64,000 nucleotides of DNA from Cyanobacteriota bacterium (GTDB lineage: Bacteria > Cyanobacteriota > Cyanobacteriia > PCC-6307 > Cyanobiaceae). The stretch's first letter is position 1. The number at the start of each line of letters is the position of its first letter. Below the pieces are notes generated by a model, which was not told the origin of the DNA, did no database searches, and worked only from the letters and a program-made list of their open reading frames with translations. Positions 1 to 9,086 of the stretch are shown in pieces. The position numbers were made by a program, and so were the translations under genes. The stretch covers positions 32,001 to 96,000 of the forward strand of contig JBJOMY010000001.1 of NCBI GenBank assembly GCA_046052125.1, read 5' to 3'.

Positions 1-138
1 CCGTCCTGAACGCAGGCCGGCCAGCGCGCCATCAGCCATCCACTCGGGGACGAGCACAAACAGCACAGCCAGCAAGCCGTAGAGCTCCACCAGTCCCCTG
101 GGCAGCGGATGCAGCTGGCGCTGGGGCTTGGAATCCAC
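1..138 (-). CDS. Conserved hypothetical membrane protein, partial (runs off the left edge)
   Basis: Manual translation from GTG 138 (in-frame ATG at 180 also possible): VDSKPQRQLHPLPRGLVELYGLLAVLFVLVPEWMADGALAGLRSGR. One hydrophobic stretch. Missing from the ORF track because it is truncated. Confidence 0.6.
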   Translation of the reverse strand, partial: MDSKPQRQLHPLPRGLVELYGLLAVLFVLVPEWMADGALAGLRSGR

Positions 139-196
139 GCTGAAGTTCAAAAAAACCTGAGGACCAATGCCCCGAGGCATTCTCCCCCAGATCCGT

Positions 197-403
197 TCAG
201 ATCAGCGCACCGCCAGCGGTTCCAGGAAGGGCCCTCTGCGGCTGAATGGGTTGGCTCTTCGGTGTCTGGGGGGCTGAATCGCGCCACTGAAGGGGCGGCT
301 CGGTTGAAGGCGCCAGGCGCACGAACCAGAACACCGAGGCAAACACAAGCCCCAGGGTGATCAGGATCCCCAGGATCACGGTGCGGTCGGGAAGATGGTT
401 CAT
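197..403 (-). CDS. Small single-pass membrane protein, hypothetical
   Basis: ATG 403 overlaps the upstream stop (ATGA). N-terminal TM helix VILGILITLGLVFASVFWFV followed by a Pro-rich tail. Confidence 0.7.
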   Translation of the reverse strand: MNHLPDRTVILGILITLGLVFASVFWFVRLAPSTEPPLQWRDSAPQTPKSQPIQPQRALPGTAGGALI

Positions 404-690
404 GCCTGATCCGTCTTGGTGCACTGCAGGGTGCGTCGCCCCTGCTCGAGGGTGAGGCTGTCGCCCCAGAGGGTGAGCGTCATCGCTTCGCTCTGGAAGA
501 TCAAGCCCGGCTGGCTGCTCGCCTCACGGAACAACGTGTATCGCACGTTGCCGCTGATCAACGAGGCCTGGGCGTCGTTGCGCTCCACTACCAACACACC
601 TTGCGCGCCGCAGAGGAAGCGCTCGCGGATGTCGTAGCCCTCCCACCAGGGGCTGCTGAGGGCGAGCAGTGGCAGCAGCAGCTCGATCAC
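400..690 (-). CDS. Hypothetical exported small beta-rich protein
   Basis: GTG 690 overlaps the msrA stop (GTGA). Signal-like N-terminus LLLPLLALSS and two Cys. Confidence 0.65.
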   Translation of the reverse strand: MIELLLPLLALSSPWWEGYDIRERFLCGAQGVLVVERNDAQASLISGNVRYTLFREASSQPGLIFQSEAMTLTLWGDSLTLEQGRRTLQCTKTDQA

Positions 691-1484
691 AGCGCAATGG
701 GTGTGTTGTCGCCGCGCAACACGCAGTGATCGATCGACCAGTCGTAGTGGCTCCAAAGCGATGCGGGCAGCTTGTAGTTGGAGCCACTGAAGGCGTCCAG
801 CAGCACACCGCTCGGTCGTGCGGAGCAGTAGGGGCGGCTGCCGGGCCTGGCCAGGTATTGCTGGTGGTAGGCCTCGGCAAAGAAAAACGGCTGTCCGGTA
901 GCGATTTCTGTGGTGATGGCTCCGCGACCGTTGGCCTGCAGCAGTTCCTGGTAGCGATCACGGGAGGCCTCCGCGATCGTCAGTAGGGCTGGTTCGTTCA
1001 CATAAATCGCCGAGCGGTATTGCGTGCCCGTGTCGTTGCCCTGGGCCATCCCCTGGGTGGGGTCATGGCATTCCCAGAACAGCTTGAGCAGATCGCTGAA
1101 ATCGATGGCGTTCACGTCCCACACCACCCGCACCACCTCGGTGTGGCCGGTGCGGCCCGAACACACTTCCTCGTAGGTGGGGTTGGGCGTAAATCCACCG
1201 GCGTAACCCACGGCTGTGCTGATCACACCGGGTAGGCGCCAGAAGCCTTTTTCAGCACCCCAGAAACAGCCGCAGCCGAACAGGGCTTCCGCTTGGCTGG
1301 TGCTCAGTGGTGCCTTGAGGGCCGTGCCCAGCACCACATGGCGATCAGCGGTGGCGATGGGTGCATCTCGGCCGGGCAGAGCCGCTGAGGGAGCAATCAG
1401 TTGACTCTTGGATCCGCTCAGTCCATCAAACAGTCCAAACACTGTTGCTGCAGCCGATGTGGCCCAGGAGCCTAGGGCGTTCAC
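687..1484 (-). CDS. msrA: Peptide-methionine (S)-S-oxide reductase
   Basis: GCFWG catalytic motif, plus GHTEVV, HDPTQ, QGND-G-QYRS and AE-YHQQY motifs. Confidence 0.97.
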   Translation of the reverse strand: MNALGSWATSAAATVFGLFDGLSGSKSQLIAPSAALPGRDAPIATADRHVVLGTALKAPLSTSQAEALFGCGCFWGAEKGFWRLPGVISTAVGYAGGFTPNPTYEEVCSGRTGHTEVVRVVWDVNAIDFSDLLKLFWECHDPTQGMAQGNDTGTQYRSAIYVNEPALLTIAEASRDRYQELLQANGRGAITTEIATGQPFFFAEAYHQQYLARPGSRPYCSARPSGVLLDAFSGSNYKLPASLWSHYDWSIDHCVLRGDNTPIAL

Positions 1485-1735
1485 CCCTGGGGCGCGCCGG
1501 GTTCAAGGGCGATGTGGTTCAGCAGCGTTGTGGTGAAAGCGAACAGCAGAAACGGCAGCGACAGCACCAGGATCAGACCCACACCCACCAGGGCAAACAG
1601 GGGCTTGCTGGCGCCCATCAAGGCCAGGCCCGCCGCCAGGCTCACGAAAATCACCAGCATCCAGATCAGGATTTGGCCATAGATATCGCCGAAGGTGAGG
1701 GTGCAGCGCAGGCGGTAGGGCACACCGGTGGTCAT
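1481..1735 (-). CDS. Conserved cyanobacterial 2-TM hypothetical protein
   Basis: 84 aa, CTLTFGDIYGQI motif then two hydrophobic helices. Stop overlaps the msrA start. Confidence 0.8.
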   Translation of the reverse strand: MTTGVPYRLRCTLTFGDIYGQILIWMLVIFVSLAAGLALMGASKPLFALVGVGLILVLSLPFLLFAFTTTLLNHIALEPGAPQG

Positions 1736-1809
1736 GGCAGCGGCGCGGAGCGTCAGCTTCAGCTAAGCCACGGCAGAGCCTGCTGTCTGCCACTGGGCAC
1801 AGATCGTGA

Positions 1810-3576
1810 TCAGGCCGCTGTGCTGAGTTGCTGCTCGGCCTGCTCCCGTTCCCACAGCCGCCGGTAGGTGCCGCTCTGCTGCACAAGCTCGTTGTGGTGC
1901 CCCTCTTGCACCAGCCGGCCGCCATCCATCACCAGGATGCGGTCGCAGGCTGCAGCAGCCGAGAGCTGGTGGCTGATCATCAGGATCGTGCGGTCCTGCT
2001 GGCTGCGCACCGATTGCAGGATATCGGCGGCGGTGTTGTTGTCCACGCTGGCGAGGGCGTCGTCGAGCACCAGCAGCGGTGCCTGCACCAGGAGTGCTCG
2101 ACCCAGGGCGGTGCGCTGGCGTTGGCCGCCGCTCAGGGTGATGCCGCGTTCGCCAACGAGTGTTCCGTAGCCATCGGGGAAGCCGCGGATGTCGCCTTCC
2201 AGCCGCGCCTGGATCGCCGCCTGCTCCACCACGGCCTGCTCAGCCTCCGGCTCGCCGTAGCGCAGGTTGTCCGCCAGGGTTGCGGTGAACAGATAGCCCT
2301 CCTGGGGCACCAGGGCCACCTGGCGGCGCAGGTCGTCGAGGGTTACGGCGGTGATGTCGGTGCCGTTGAGGAACAGCGCACCACTGGGCACCTCCACCAT
2401 GCGACCGAGGGCCCGGGCAAGGGTGGTTTTGCCGCAGCCCACCGGGCCCACCACGGCCACCAGTTCACCGGGCTCGAGCCTGAACGTCACGTGGTCGAGC
2501 GCCAGGCGTTCGGCATCGGGGTAGCGCAGGCACAGATCGCGCGCCTCCACGGCGGCGGCTTGCCGGCCAGCCCGCTCAGGGGCGGCCAGGGGCTTCGGCA
2601 TCGCAGGGGAGGTAACCAGCGGCTGGCGCTTCAGCAGCTCCTCCACCCGCTCCAGGCTCACCTGGCCCGTTTGGAAGGTGTTGAGGGTGAAGCCCAGCAG
2701 AGCCGTGGGAAACACCAGGCGCTCCACATAAAGGATCAGGGCCACCAGATCACCGATGCTCAGGCGGCCTGTTTCCAGCTGCCCGCTGCCCAGGGCGAGC
2801 AGCAGCAGCAGGCTCACCGATGAGATGCCTTCAAGCAGCGGAAACAGGGTGCTGCGGGTGCGGGCCAGCTGGAGGGCGTCGTCGCGGTAGCGGCGGTTGC
2901 GATCGGCGAAGGCCTGCCGTTCGGTGGCTTCCTGGCCGTAGATCTTGATCGCGTTGATGCCGGAAAGGTCTTCCTGGATCAGATCGCTGAGCTGGGCGAG
3001 GGCTTCCTGTTGCCGCCGCTGCTGCCGCATCATTCGGCCGCCGAACAGGCGCACCGTGACCAGCATCAGTGGGTAGAGCCCCACCGCCGCCAGGCTGAGC
3101 AGCGGATCGATCGCCAGCATCGCCGGCAGGGTCAGGGCGTAGGCGAGAACCGTGTTGGTGAGGCTGAGCACAGCGAAACCCAGCAGCCGCCGCACGTTTT
3201 CCACATCGCTGGTGGCCCGGCTGATCACCTCGCCGCTGCCGGTGGTCTGCACCCAGCCGGGTTCCTGGCGCAGCATGTGATCGAAGATCTCTTGCTTCAG
3301 CCCCGCCTCCACCTGGCGGCCCACGCCGAACACCAACATCCGCGACCACAGCCTTACGGCCCCCATCACCGTGGCCAGGGCAATGATCAGCGTCGCCTGG
3401 CGCAGCACATCGCTGAAGGTGAAGCCGTCCTGCAGATCGTCGATCACGCCGCGCACCAGCAGTGGCAGCGCCACGCTCAGCAGGTTCACCACCACGAGCG
3501 CAGCCACCCCCAGCAGCACCGTGCGCCGATAGGGCCGCAGGTAGCGCCCGATCAACCCGAACCGGATGGCTGCCAT
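1810..3576 (-). CDS. ABC exporter, fused permease/ATPase
   Basis: N-terminal TM domain, Walker A GPVGCGKT, signature LSGGQ, Walker B LLVLDD. Confidence 0.95.
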   Translation of the reverse strand: MAAIRFGLIGRYLRPYRRTVLLGVAALVVVNLLSVALPLLVRGVIDDLQDGFTFSDVLRQATLIIALATVMGAVRLWSRMLVFGVGRQVEAGLKQEIFDHMLRQEPGWVQTTGSGEVISRATSDVENVRRLLGFAVLSLTNTVLAYALTLPAMLAIDPLLSLAAVGLYPLMLVTVRLFGGRMMRQQRRQQEALAQLSDLIQEDLSGINAIKIYGQEATERQAFADRNRRYRDDALQLARTRSTLFPLLEGISSVSLLLLLALGSGQLETGRLSIGDLVALILYVERLVFPTALLGFTLNTFQTGQVSLERVEELLKRQPLVTSPAMPKPLAAPERAGRQAAAVEARDLCLRYPDAERLALDHVTFRLEPGELVAVVGPVGCGKTTLARALGRMVEVPSGALFLNGTDITAVTLDDLRRQVALVPQEGYLFTATLADNLRYGEPEAEQAVVEQAAIQARLEGDIRGFPDGYGTLVGERGITLSGGQRQRTALGRALLVQAPLLVLDDALASVDNNTAADILQSVRSQQDRTILMISHQLSAAAACDRILVMDGGRLVQEGHHNELVQQSGTYRRLWEREQAEQQLSTAA

Positions 3577-3628
3577 GACGCTCCGCAGGAAGCTGCCAAC
3601 CTAGGGAGCCAGCCTTTATGCAAGCGTT

Positions 3629-3952
3629 TTGGCCCTCAGCGATCAGCCGGAGCAGCAACATCCTCTGTATGCCAGCGATCGCGATCTCGTGGATTCGCTA
3701 CTGGCCACCCAGCAGCCGGTTGATGCCCAACTGGTGGATCTGGGCCGGCTGTTGATGCGCTACGCCGGATTTCCCGGTGCTCTCGACCTGCAGGACGATC
3801 TCCAGAAAACGCTGCGCCTCTGGGGACTGAGCCGCGATGAGCTCAACCAGCGTTGCCGCGCGATCTGGGCCGAGGGCTATCGCCCTGGTGCCGAAGCCCA
3901 GGAACAGGCGGTGGGCTCCGGCTTCGATACCGCCGATCAGGACAGCCCCTGA
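3629..3952 (+). CDS. DUF3288-like conserved cyanobacterial protein
   Basis: QQHPLY..DR, RLLMRY.GFPGA.D.Q.DL and LN..CR.IW motifs recognised by eye. Confidence 0.8.
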   Translation: MALSDQPEQQHPLYASDRDLVDSLLATQQPVDAQLVDLGRLLMRYAGFPGALDLQDDLQKTLRLWGLSRDELNQRCRAIWAEGYRPGAEAQEQAVGSGFDTADQDSP

Positions 3953-3994
3953 TCCGTTTTTTCTGCTACATCAGCGGCACCTGATCACGCCCCG

Positions 3995-5035
3995 ATGGCC
4001 GCTGCCCCCTCCTGGCCCGCCCTGCTGGAGCAGCTGTTGCAGGGCCAGTCCCTGCAGGCTGAGCAGGCCACGGCCCTGATGGAGGCCTGGCTCGCCGAAG
4101 AGCTCGAACCCGTGCTCACCGGAGCACTGCTGGCGGCCCTGCGGGCAAAAGGAGTGAATGGCGAGGAGCTCGCTGCCATGGCCCAGGTGCTGCGGCAGGC
4201 CTGCCCCTTGCCGGGACCGCGGCCCAACCTGCCCCTGGTGGATACCTGTGGCACCGGTGGAGATGGTGCCAACACCTTCAACATCTCAACCGCTGTGGCG
4301 TTTGTGGCTGCCGCCTGCGGCGCCCATGTGGCCAAGCACGGCAACCGCAGCGCCAGCGGCAAGGTGGGCTCCGCCGATGTGCTCGAGGCAGCGGGTCTCA
4401 ACCTCAAAGCTGCACCAGCCCAGGTGGTGGCGGCCCTGGAGCCAGCCGGTGTGACCTTCCTCTTCGCTCCCGGCTGGCACCCCGCCCTGGTGGGGCTGGC
4501 GCCGCTGCGCCGTGCCCTGGGGGTGCGCACCGTGTTCAACCTGCTGGGGCCGCTGGTGAATCCGCTGCGCCCTGATACCCAGGTGCTGGGGGTGGGGGCT
4601 GCCGATCTGCTCGATCCGATGGCCGATGCCCTGGCCCGACTTGGATTGCAGCGGGCTGTGGTTGTCCATGGCCATGGCGGTCTGGATGAGGCGTCGCTCT
4701 CGGGGCCCAGTGAGTTGCGCTTGATCGAGGCCGGCCAAGTGCGTGCCGAAACGATCACGCCTGAAGCTGTGGGCTTGGTGAGGGCTCCCATGCAAGCCCT
4801 CGTGGGTGGCGAGGTTGCCGATAACCAGGCGATCCTCGAAGCGGTGCTTCAGGGCCGGGCCACGGCTCCCCAGCGGGATGTGGTGGCGTTGAACGCTGCC
4901 CTGGTGCTCTGGGCCGCCGGTCGGGCTGATTCGGTGGTGACAGCCGTGCCGCTTGCGCTCGAGGCCATAGCCAGCGGCCAGGCCTGGCAGCGCTTTGTGA
5001 GCCTCCGCAGCGCGCTGGACGCCCCTCCGGCCTGA
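3995..5035 (+). CDS. trpD: Anthranilate phosphoribosyltransferase
   Basis: DTCGTGGDGANTFNIST, KHGNRS and GSADVLEA motifs. Confidence 0.97.
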   Translation: MAAAPSWPALLEQLLQGQSLQAEQATALMEAWLAEELEPVLTGALLAALRAKGVNGEELAAMAQVLRQACPLPGPRPNLPLVDTCGTGGDGANTFNISTAVAFVAAACGAHVAKHGNRSASGKVGSADVLEAAGLNLKAAPAQVVAALEPAGVTFLFAPGWHPALVGLAPLRRALGVRTVFNLLGPLVNPLRPDTQVLGVGAADLLDPMADALARLGLQRAVVVHGHGGLDEASLSGPSELRLIEAGQVRAETITPEAVGLVRAPMQALVGGEVADNQAILEAVLQGRATAPQRDVVALNAALVLWAAGRADSVVTAVPLALEAIASGQAWQRFVSLRSALDAPPA

Positions 5036-5062
5036 TGCACCCTGCAGGGGATGATGGGGTCC

Positions 5063-6208
5063 ATGACGACAGCCTCCTCCCCTTCTCCCGCCCTGCTGGT
5101 GCTGGCCGACGGCCTGGTGTTGCGCGGTGAATCGTTTGGTGCCACCGGCACAGCGGTGGGCGAGGTGGTGTTCAACACCGGCATGAGCGGTTATCAGGAG
5201 GTGATGACCGATCCCAGCTATGCCGGTCAGCTGGTGACCTTTACCTATCCCGAGCTGGGAAATACCGGCGTCAACAGCGCCGATCAGGAAGCTGATGCCC
5301 CCCACGTGCGTGGCGTGATCGCCCGGGAGCTGGCGCCGGTGCCGAGCAACTGGCGTTGCGAAGACAGTCTCGAGGCCTGGCTCAGCCGCCAAAACGTCGT
5401 GGGGATTCGCGGCATCGATACGCGTGCGCTGGTGCGCCATCTCCGGGAAGGGGGTGCCATCAATGGCGCGATCAGCACCGATGGCAGCTCGCCCCAGGCG
5501 CTGCTCGAGCAGGTGCGAACCGCTCCGTCCATGGCGGGGCTCAACCTGGCCCAGCGCGTCAGCACCACGGCTGCTTACGAGTGGTCGGCGCTCTGTCCGG
5601 CAGCCTTTGATCAGCGCCTCCAGAGCAATCCGGCCCAGCCGTATCGCGTGGTGGCGATCGACTTCGGCATCAAGCGCGCCATCCTCGAGCGCCTGGCGGC
5701 CCATGGCTGTGCGATCACGGTGTTGCCCGCTGACGCCACGCTTCAGCAGGTGCTGGCCCACCAGCCCGAGGGGGTGTTTCTCTCCAACGGTCCTGGCGAC
5801 CCTGCCGCCGTGACCAGTGGCATCAGCCTGGCCCGCGATCTGCTGCAGCAGAGCGATCTGCCGGTGTTCGGCATCTGCCTGGGTCATCAGATCCTGGGCC
5901 TGGCCATGGGCGGCAGCACCTACAAGCTGGGCTACGGCCACCGCGGTCTCAATCACCCCTGCGGCAGTCCGGGGCTGGTTGAGATCACCAGCCAGAACCA
6001 CGGCTTCGCCATTGATGCCAATTCGCTCCCGGCTGGCGATGTGGAGGTGACCCACTTCAATCTCAACGACCGCACCGTGGCCGCCCTCGCCCATCGTCAC
6101 AAGCCGGTGTTCGGTGTGCAGTACCACCCCGAAGCGAGCCCCGGTCCGCACGACGCCGACCATCACTTCTCACGCTTCGCTGCGTTGATGGCAGAGCGGC
6201 GCGCCTAG
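5063..6208 (+). CDS. carA: Carbamoyl-phosphate synthase small subunit
   Basis: [28 protein letters not shown] and QYHPEA motifs. Start may be ATG 5051, 5054 or 5063. Confidence 0.97.
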   Translation: MTTASSPSPALLVLADGLVLRGESFGATGTAVGEVVFNTGMSGYQEVMTDPSYAGQLVTFTYPELGNTGVNSADQEADAPHVRGVIARELAPVPSNWRCEDSLEAWLSRQNVVGIRGIDTRALVRHLREGGAINGAISTDGSSPQALLEQVRTAPSMAGLNLAQRVSTTAAYEWSALCPAAFDQRLQSNPAQPYRVVAIDFGIKRAILERLAAHGCAITVLPADATLQQVLAHQPEGVFLSNGPGDPAAVTSGISLARDLLQQSDLPVFGICLGHQILGLAMGGSTYKLGYGHRGLNHPCGSPGLVEITSQNHGFAIDANSLPAGDVEVTHFNLNDRTVAALAHRHKPVFGVQYHPEASPGPHDADHHFSRFAALMAERRA

Positions 6209-6295
6209 GGCATCAATGCAGCTTTGTTGCGGTCCTGTTCGTTCCGAAAACCGTAATTACACTGCAGGCGCCCCAAACCTCAGAGGTCAGGAGCC

Positions 6296-6661
6296 ATCAC
6301 TGATCTGCAGCGATTGACCGTGTCTCTGCGCGGTGGCTATCAACAGCAGGACGGTTGTCTGCTGTTCAGTTTCACCGGCCAGCTCGACGCCTACTCCGAG
6401 AAGCAGTTTCTCGCCTTCATCAGCGAGCACCTCACCAGCACGCCCCAGCCGCTGGTGATCGATCTGAGCAAGATCGATTTCATCGATTCCTCCGGTCTCG
6501 GTGCCCTGGTGCAAATGGCCAAGCAGTGCAACGACCAGGCCATGCAGTTCCTGGTGGTGGGCAATGCCCGGGTCGTGCAGACGGTGAAACTGGTGAGGCT
6601 CGAGCAGTTCCTCCATCTCCAGCCCGACCTCGATACCGCCCTCGGATCCATCGCCGCCTGA
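6296..6661 (+). CDS. STAS-domain anti-sigma factor antagonist (SpoIIAA/RsbV-like)
   Basis: FIDSSGLG phosphoacceptor motif. The ORF track starts at TTG 6314, but the RBS position favours ATC 6296. Confidence 0.9.
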   Translation: MTDLQRLTVSLRGGYQQQDGCLLFSFTGQLDAYSEKQFLAFISEHLTSTPQPLVIDLSKIDFIDSSGLGALVQMAKQCNDQAMQFLVVGNARVVQTVKLVRLEQFLHLQPDLDTALGSIAA

Positions 6662-6716
6662 CTGGCTGCCGTCCGTACCGGTTTGTCAAATTCCCGTTGA
6701 GCTTGGCCCCCTGCAG

Positions 6717-7082
6717 TTGGCCTGGCTCGGCGATGCGGTGTGGGAGCTCCACCAGCGTCTTCGCCATTGCCGTCGCCCCGGCCGCAGCGCTGATCTGCAT
6801 AAGGCTGTAGTGGCTGAAGTGCGCGCCGATGCCCAGGCCGAGGCCCTCGCGGTGCTGGAGCGTGATGGCCTGCTCAGCCAGGGCGAGCTAGAGCTGGTAC
6901 GGAAGGGCCGCAACCGTGCCGGCCGTGGACCCCGCAAAGGCGAGGCCGGCATTTATGGCCGGGCAACGGGGTTTGAGACAATGGTTGGCTGGCTCTTTCT
7001 CCAGAACCCCAGCCGCCTTGCTCAGCTGCTGGCACACCTTGAGGACGCCGACCCGATAACCCCGATGCCCGTTAACCAATGA
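6717..7082 (+). CDS. mrnC: Mini-ribonuclease III
   Basis: LAWLGDAVWEL and ATGFETMVGWL motifs, no dsRBD. The true start is probably upstream of 6717. Confidence 0.88.
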   Translation: MAWLGDAVWELHQRLRHCRRPGRSADLHKAVVAEVRADAQAEALAVLERDGLLSQGELELVRKGRNRAGRGPRKGEAGIYGRATGFETMVGWLFLQNPSRLAQLLAHLEDADPITPMPVNQ

Positions 7083-8743
7083 GCCCCCGTTTTGATCGTC
7101 GCAGGGACCAGGGCCAGGGCTCCGGAGCAGCGGGTTCGCGCCCTTCCCGTCCCGGCCGTGCAGATGCCCGTGGCGGCTCCCGCCGTCCCTTCAGTCCCCG
7201 GGGCGAATGGCGGCCTGATCGTTCTGAAGGCGGGGATCGGGGCGATCGCCCCTCCTTTGGCCGCCGGCCCGAACGCACGGATCGCTTTGAGCGCTCCGAT
7301 CGCCCGAGTTCCTACAGCGACCGTTCCGGCGATCGCCCGCGCCCGGAGCGCCGTTTTGATGGCCCTCGTCCTGCTGCGGCCGACGGATCCCGTTCGGAGC
7401 GCCCCCGTTTCGATCGTCCTCGCTTTGATCGTCCCCGGGGCGATGCTCCCCGCGGCAGTGGTAGCCGCAGCGAGCGTCGTCCGGGTCGTCCCCAAGGCCC
7501 TGGGCGGCCCAGCATGGGCGGCCGTCCCGGGGCTCGCCCCTCGTTCCAGGATCGGCGCTTCGATCGCCGGCCCCAGCGCAGCGACCGCGATCAGGCACCC
7601 CCGAGCCGTCCGCTGATCGTGGACGCCCCCACGGGCGAATCGGAACGCTTCAACGCCGGCCCAGCCGACGATTTGATCTGGGGGCGCCATGCGGCCCAGG
7701 CCGCTCTGGAGAGCGATCGCCCGATTCACCGGATCTGGTGCACGCCGGAGATGCGCTTTCAGCCGCGCTTCATGCAGCTGTTGCGGGAAGCCAAATCCGG
7801 CGGCGTGCTGGTGGAGGAGGTCACCTGGTCGCGGCTCGGACAGCTCACCGATGGTGCGGTGCACCAGGGGATCGTGCTTCAGGCCGCTGCGGCTGACACC
7901 TTGGATCTCGGCAGCCTCATTGATGGCTGCCGCCAGATCGGCGAGCCGCCGCTGCTGATGGCCCTCGATGGCATCACCGATCCGCACAACCTTGGCGCGA
8001 TCGTGCGCAGTGCCGAAGCGCTCGGTGCCCATGGCCTGGTGCTTCCGCAGCGCCGCAGCGCCGGTCTCACCGGTTCAGTGGCCAAGGTGGCGGCGGGTGC
8101 TCTTGAGCACTTGCCGGTTGCACGGGTGGTGAACCTCAACCGCTCCCTGGAAACTCTCAAGGAGGAGGGCTACCGCGTGATCGGCCTGGCCGGGGAAGCT
8201 GGAGTCGCCCTGAGCGAGGCGGATCTCGATGGTCCGCTGGTGATTGTGACCGGCTCTGAAGGGGCTGGTCTGTCGATGCTCACCCGCAAGCACTGCGATC
8301 AGCTGGTGCGCATCCCCCTGCGCGGTGCCACCCCCAGCCTCAACGCCTCGGTGGCCACCGCGATGGTGCTCTACGAGGTGGCGCGCCGCGGCTGGATGAA
8401 GCAGATCACCGGTTCCTCTCCTGCCCCGCGGATCGTGCGGCCCCAGCTCGCCACGCCTCCGGCGATCGAGCGCAATCACACCCCGGAGCCGGCGGCTGAC
8501 GAGCCGCTTGCGCTTGAGGCGTTTGAAGACGAAGCGTTCAACACCGAAGCGTTCGACACCAACGCCTTCGACATGGAGACTGAAGAGACAAACACTGTGT
8601 CGTCTGAGCCTCAGAGCGCTGATCACCACCACCCCGTGGCGGAGGCAGAGTCTCAACTTGAGGAGCCTGCCGGCGAGCCAGAGCTGGTGCTGGGTCTGTC
8701 GCCGCAGGTGGCCACGGGCTTCGCCGGCGACATCCAGCTCTGA
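7079..8743 (+). CDS. rlmB: 23S rRNA Gm2251 2'-O-methyltransferase (SPOUT) with long low-complexity termini
   Basis: DGITDPHNLGAIVRSA, GSEG.G and SLNASVA SPOUT motifs. Confidence 0.93.
   Translation: MSPRFDRRRDQGQGSGAAGSRPSRPGRADARGGSRRPFSPRGEWRPDRSEGGDRGDRPSFGRRPERTDRFERSDRPSSYSDRSGDRPRPERRFDGPRPAAADGSRSERPRFDRPRFDRPRGDAPRGSGSRSERRPGRPQGPGRPSMGGRPGARPSFQDRRFDRRPQRSDRDQAPPSRPLIVDAPTGESERFNAGPADDLIWGRHAAQAALESDRPIHRIWCTPEMRFQPRFMQLLREAKSGGVLVEEVTWSRLGQLTDGAVHQGIVLQAAAADTLDLGSLIDGCRQIGEPPLLMALDGITDPHNLGAIVRSAEALGAHGLVLPQRRSAGLTGSVAKVAAGALEHLPVARVVNLNRSLETLKEEGYRVIGLAGEAGVALSEADLDGPLVIVTGSEGAGLSMLTRKHCDQLVRIPLRGATPSLNASVATAMVLYEVARRGWMKQITGSSPAPRIVRPQLATPPAIERNHTPEPAADEPLALEAFEDEAFNTEAFDTNAFDMETEETNTVSSEPQSADHHHPVAEAESQLEEPAGEPELVLGLSPQVATGFAGDIQL
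8516..8575 (+). repeat. Four degenerate 15-bp tandem units inside the rlmB 3' end (EAFED/EAFNT/EAFDT/NAFDM)
   Basis: gaggcgtttgaagac gaagcgttcaacacc gaagcgttcgacacc aacgccttcgacatg. Confidence 0.8.
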
Positions 8744-8787
8744 ACATCCGGGCCGCCGATGCTGCGCACGGCCCTTTCGCCGCCACA

Positions 8788-9054
8788 ATGAGTCCACTGC
8801 CCACCGCCCCGATGACCACCCTGTTCCAGCCCCTGCGCAGCGTTGCCAACGGGCTTGGTCTGGCCTGGTGGGCTCGGGTGGAGACCCGCCAGCCGGATGT
8901 CACCTACTGGTTCGGCCCTTACGTGCGGCGCAGCAGCCTCGAGGAGGCGCTGCCTCCTTTCCTGGCGGACCTGCGCAGTGAGGGGGCAGGGGAGATCAAT
9001 CACGCGCTGCTGCGCACCCGCCGCGGCGAGCCGTTCACCATCAGTGCTGACTGA
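8788..9054 (+). CDS. DUF1816-like protein
   Basis: GLAWW..V.T..P..TYWFGP and DL..EGA motifs. Confidence 0.85.
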   Translation: MSPLPTAPMTTLFQPLRSVANGLGLAWWARVETRQPDVTYWFGPYVRRSSLEEALPPFLADLRSEGAGEINHALLRTRRGEPFTISAD

Positions 9055-9086
9055 TAGCGTCGACCCCTGGAATTGCAGCAGGGTTG

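Noticed and set aside
3675..3682. HIP1 octamer GCGATCGC (also near 7242, 7329, 13367, 26678 and 53917)
   Set aside because: Only scattered copies were seen. Enrichment cannot be judged without a count against a Markov background, and HIP1 is already known.
4286..6166. 626-aa antisense ORF, and similar long ones at 9282-10592, 10573-12384, 25403-27343, 36600-38006 and 60979-62307
   Set aside because: They lie opposite well-supported genes and have no recognisable motifs. They are the shadow ORFs expected from GC-rich codon bias.
7380..7450. Short repeats that might suggest a CRISPR or other non-coding array
   Set aside because: They are in-frame coding repeats (RPRFD) within rlmB, with no spacers and no cas genes.
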